From assembly GCA_963714015.1 (NCBI GenBank), contig OY970223.1, forward strand, positions 800,001 to 864,000: a DNA stretch of 64,000 nt, written 5' to 3'. Origin of the DNA: Vulcanimicrobiota bacterium. GTDB lineage: Bacteria; Vulcanimicrobiota; Vulcanimicrobiia; Vulcanimicrobiales; Vulcanimicrobiaceae. Numbering within the stretch: the stretch's first letter is position 1; each line of letters opens with the position of its first letter. The position numbers and the translations under genes were made by a program. The notes beneath the pieces were generated by a model. It did no database searches. It saw nothing but the letters and a program-made list of their open reading frames with translations, and was not told the origin of the DNA. Positions 61,661-64,000 of the stretch are shown here, in pieces.

Positions 61661-63088
61661 CGAAGCGGTAGCGCTCACCTGCGCCAGAACGCGCTCGGTT
61701 TTGATCATACGCGTGCCGGAGAATCGGTCTTGCAGGTACACGCGCGAGAAGGGGCTGAGCGGAATAATCAGCCACCACAGAAAAAATACGATCGTGTAAC
61801 GCCACAGACTCTGCAGAACGCGCGGCTGGCCGTATTCAACTGTGACGATGCGCGTACCGCCGATCATCATGCCTGCCGTCTGTCCGGTCAGGCCCACCAG
61901 CAATCCGAAGTACAGACACATCCAGATCGGAAGCATTGCCCCGGTGGCCTGCTCGCGGAAATCTGCCCACGTTAGGCCGCTGCTTCCGATAGAGAGGCCG
62001 TCGGTACGAACGGAAACGGAACCGATTCTAAATATCTCGTCCGAGCTCGTAACCGCCGCGTCGGCTTGCGGATGAAGCCCTTTGACGGTGATCCCCGGTT
62101 TATTCTTGACCGGCCCGGGCGTGACGCTGGTCGAGACGCCCGATGCGCCGGCCAGCGTCTGCACGACGGCGGTAACGACGATAAAGTCTATGACCACTGC
62201 CATACAGCGCCGCCACCAGCCGGCGCAGTCGCGCTTTGCCACGCGTTCTCCCCGCGTGGCCGCGGTTTCCAACGGCAGCTCCCGGCTCTCTTCGACGAAT
62301 CTCTGCTCGTGCGTGCGGTAGAGCTGCGAAGCGAAGAAATCACGCATCGCATCGATCCGTTTGGTCGCGTACGGCGTCGCCCCAAGCCACTCGCCCAGCC
62401 GCAGCACCGAATCGCTGCGGATCTCGCGAGACTGCTCCGCGAAGAGTCCCGGATCGACTTTGCGTCCGAATCCGTGAAACGATGCGATGACGATCGCCCG
62501 CATCGCTGCATCGAGCGAGCCGCAACAGAGCAGTCCCACGCGATCGCACGTCAGTTCCGTCTTGCGCAGCCACGCACCGAAGATCAGCGAGACGATGACG
62601 TTTTCGTTACCGTTCACGCTGAGCAGCGAGGTAAAGCGCGTATGCCCCGAGGCGATATGCCCGAGCTCGCGGCCGATCATGAATGTGAGCTCGTCATCCT
62701 TGAAGTGCTCGATCCAGTTGCTCGAAATCACGATCGAATAGGGATCTCCCAATCCCACGGTCAGGATCGGTACCTGCGGATCGTCGCGCACGAACACGAG
62801 CGGCATGGGTAAGCCGAGGGCGGCGGCGCAGCGCTTCGTAATCGAGAAAACGCGCGGATACTGCGCTTCGTGGATGCGCACGCTGCTTCCGACTAGGCGC
62901 CCGCGCGCGAGGGTGACGTAAATCATGGCGACGACGAGCAGTACGGCGATCTGCGATGGATGGACGTCTTCACGCAATACGAAGCCGATAAGAGCGGCTG
63001 CGGGCAGCGAGAAGAGCAGCGTCATCCAAAATGCGATATGCTCGCCGCGGTACGTGAGTGAAAGCGGGCCCTTGAAGAAATCGCGCAT
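61655..63088 (-). CDS. M48 (HtpX/Ste24-like) peptidase-like domain fused to RDD domain
   Basis: DDEL.FMIGRELGHI..GH, W.R..ELTCDR.GLLCCG, TP...KRI; AGWWRR..AVVID, GQT.G...G.RIV, QDRFSGT. Confidence 0.8.
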   Translation of the reverse strand: MRDFFKGPLSLTYRGEHIAFWMTLLFSLPAAALIGFVLREDVHPSQIAVLLVVAMIYVTLARGRLVGSSVRIHEAQYPRVFSITKRCAAALGLPMPLVFVRDDPQVPILTVGLGDPYSIVISSNWIEHFKDDELTFMIGRELGHIASGHTRFTSLLSVNGNENVIVSLIFGAWLRKTELTCDRVGLLCCGSLDAAMRAIVIASFHGFGRKVDPGLFAEQSREIRSDSVLRLGEWLGATPYATKRIDAMRDFFASQLYRTHEQRFVEESRELPLETAATRGERVAKRDCAGWWRRCMAVVIDFIVVTAVVQTLAGASGVSTSVTPGPVKNKPGITVKGLHPQADAAVTSSDEIFRIGSVSVRTDGLSIGSSGLTWADFREQATGAMLPIWMCLYFGLLVGLTGQTAGMMIGGTRIVTVEYGQPRVLQSLWRYTIVFFLWWLIIPLSPFSRVYLQDRFSGTRMIKTERVLAQVSATASS

Positions 63089-63092
63089 CTGC

Positions 63093-64000
63093 TCAGGAAG
63101 CTCTATCCGCCGCTGCGGCGGGTTCTCGTTCTCGGCGAGTTGCGCGCAGCACCAACGGCGTCACCGCTATTAGCGTCAGGGCTACGGCGGCGTAACCGGC
63201 CGTGTAGCCGTACCACACGCCGTCCAAGCCGTAGCGCGCCGCCAGAATGCTCGCGCACGGAACGGCGACGAGCCACGCGCCCGCAAGGTTCACGATTGCA
63301 CTCCATGCGCTCTGGCCGTATCCGTCGAGTTCGGCGGCGATGACGTTTCCGATTCCGAGGGCGAACGCACTCCAACCCGCGATGAGCAAGCCCGATCGCG
63401 CCAGCTGCACCGTCTGCGGATCGTCGATGAACGCACTCAACAGCGGAACAGCGAAGAGGTACAGCGCGATGGCCAGGATACCGCCGATCGCAAGGTTCAA
63501 CCCCAGCGCAGTCCGCGTCGATCGGCGGCACGCCGCCGCGGTCGTTGCAAATACGAAGGCCGGAGTGGTGAGAACCGCAATGCCGAACGTCACGAGCGTG
63601 AATGCCGCACCGCCGCGCGCGCCGTAGCTGTTCGCGATACTTACGAGTGCGATCTCCGCAAGTGCCACGGCGAGATATTGAACGCTGCCGGGTAAGTCGA
63701 CGCGAAGCACTTCATTGATCGCCTGCGCACTCGGAAAAAACGATCGCAACGCCACGTCCAGGCGAAACTCCGTACGGTGAGCGTACAGCACGATGGATGC
63801 GCCGATCGTTACGATAAGCGTAGCGGCGAGGGATGAGATCGGAACGGACAACGCTCCGACGTGCAGAAATGCGAGCGAGACGAGATACAGCGCCGTGTAT
63901 GCCGCAGTCAGCGCGGGCGGCGCAACCGGATCGTGCAGGCCGTGCAAGACTGCGAGGTACATTCCGAACGCGAACGTCGCAGGAAGCGAGAGCGCGAGCA
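63093..64000 (-). CDS. MATE family efflux transporter (5' part outside window)
   Basis: Multi-TM; LP..VQ, N.YG....AA, F.DDP.TV.LA, YGLDGVW.G motifs. Confidence 0.78.
   Translation of the reverse strand, partial: LALSLPATFAFGMYLAVLHGLHDPVAPPALTAAYTALYLVSLAFLHVGALSVPISSLAATLIVTIGASIVLYAHRTEFRLDVALRSFFPSAQAINEVLRVDLPGSVQYLAVALAEIALVSIANSYGARGGAAFTLVTFGIAVLTTPAFVFATTAAACRRSTRTALGLNLAIGGILAIALYLFAVPLLSAFIDDPQTVQLARSGLLIAGWSAFALGIGNVIAAELDGYGQSAWSAIVNLAGAWLVAVPCASILAARYGLDGVWYGYTAGYAAVALTLIAVTPLVLRATRREREPAAAADRAS

Overview
GC-rich bacterial chromosomal window from a diderm (two LptA/OstA-like genes); the gene set and style are compatible with Eremiobacterota, but that placement is inference only. 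1-23.5 kb is core and stress-response DNA: mreB, type III PKS + methyltransferase, tsaC, lptA-like pair, rarA, cysteine desulfurase, a DUF948-YtxH-rsbV-rsbW-sigB-type operon, alaS, GT-C-like glycosyltransferases, a split LigD + Ku NHEJ cluster, an MFS and an HtrA protease. Directly after a tRNA-Leu(CAG) gene (23578-23661) an accessory island starts. Its first ~11 kb (about 23672-34740) is bounded by a perfect 16-bp inverted repeat and flanked by a 9-bp direct repeat (ATTTCGTCT), with clustered ATACTTTGG motifs at both ends. It encodes an excisionase-like HTH, a SWIM-finger/IS4-IS5-type DDE transposase, a small toxin-like peptide, HEPN-like putative defence genes and a tandem winged-helix protein, and no tyrosine or serine integrase is visible. 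A second, diverged left end begins immediately after the right-hand direct repeat, and a paralogous wHTH remnant followed by its own repeats lies at ~39.5-40.3 kb, suggesting tandem, site-specific insertions at the tRNA 3' end. This is the best candidate for an undescribed system. 40.5-64 kb holds glycan genes (GH43, GT, glf, GH1), a TetR/cupin module, CheB/CheR signalling, a degenerate PP2C regulator, a wHTH-TPR regulator, an M48-RDD fusion and a MATE transporter. Many genes, including core ones, carry single frameshifts, most likely sequencing/assembly indels, so composite coordinates are approximate.
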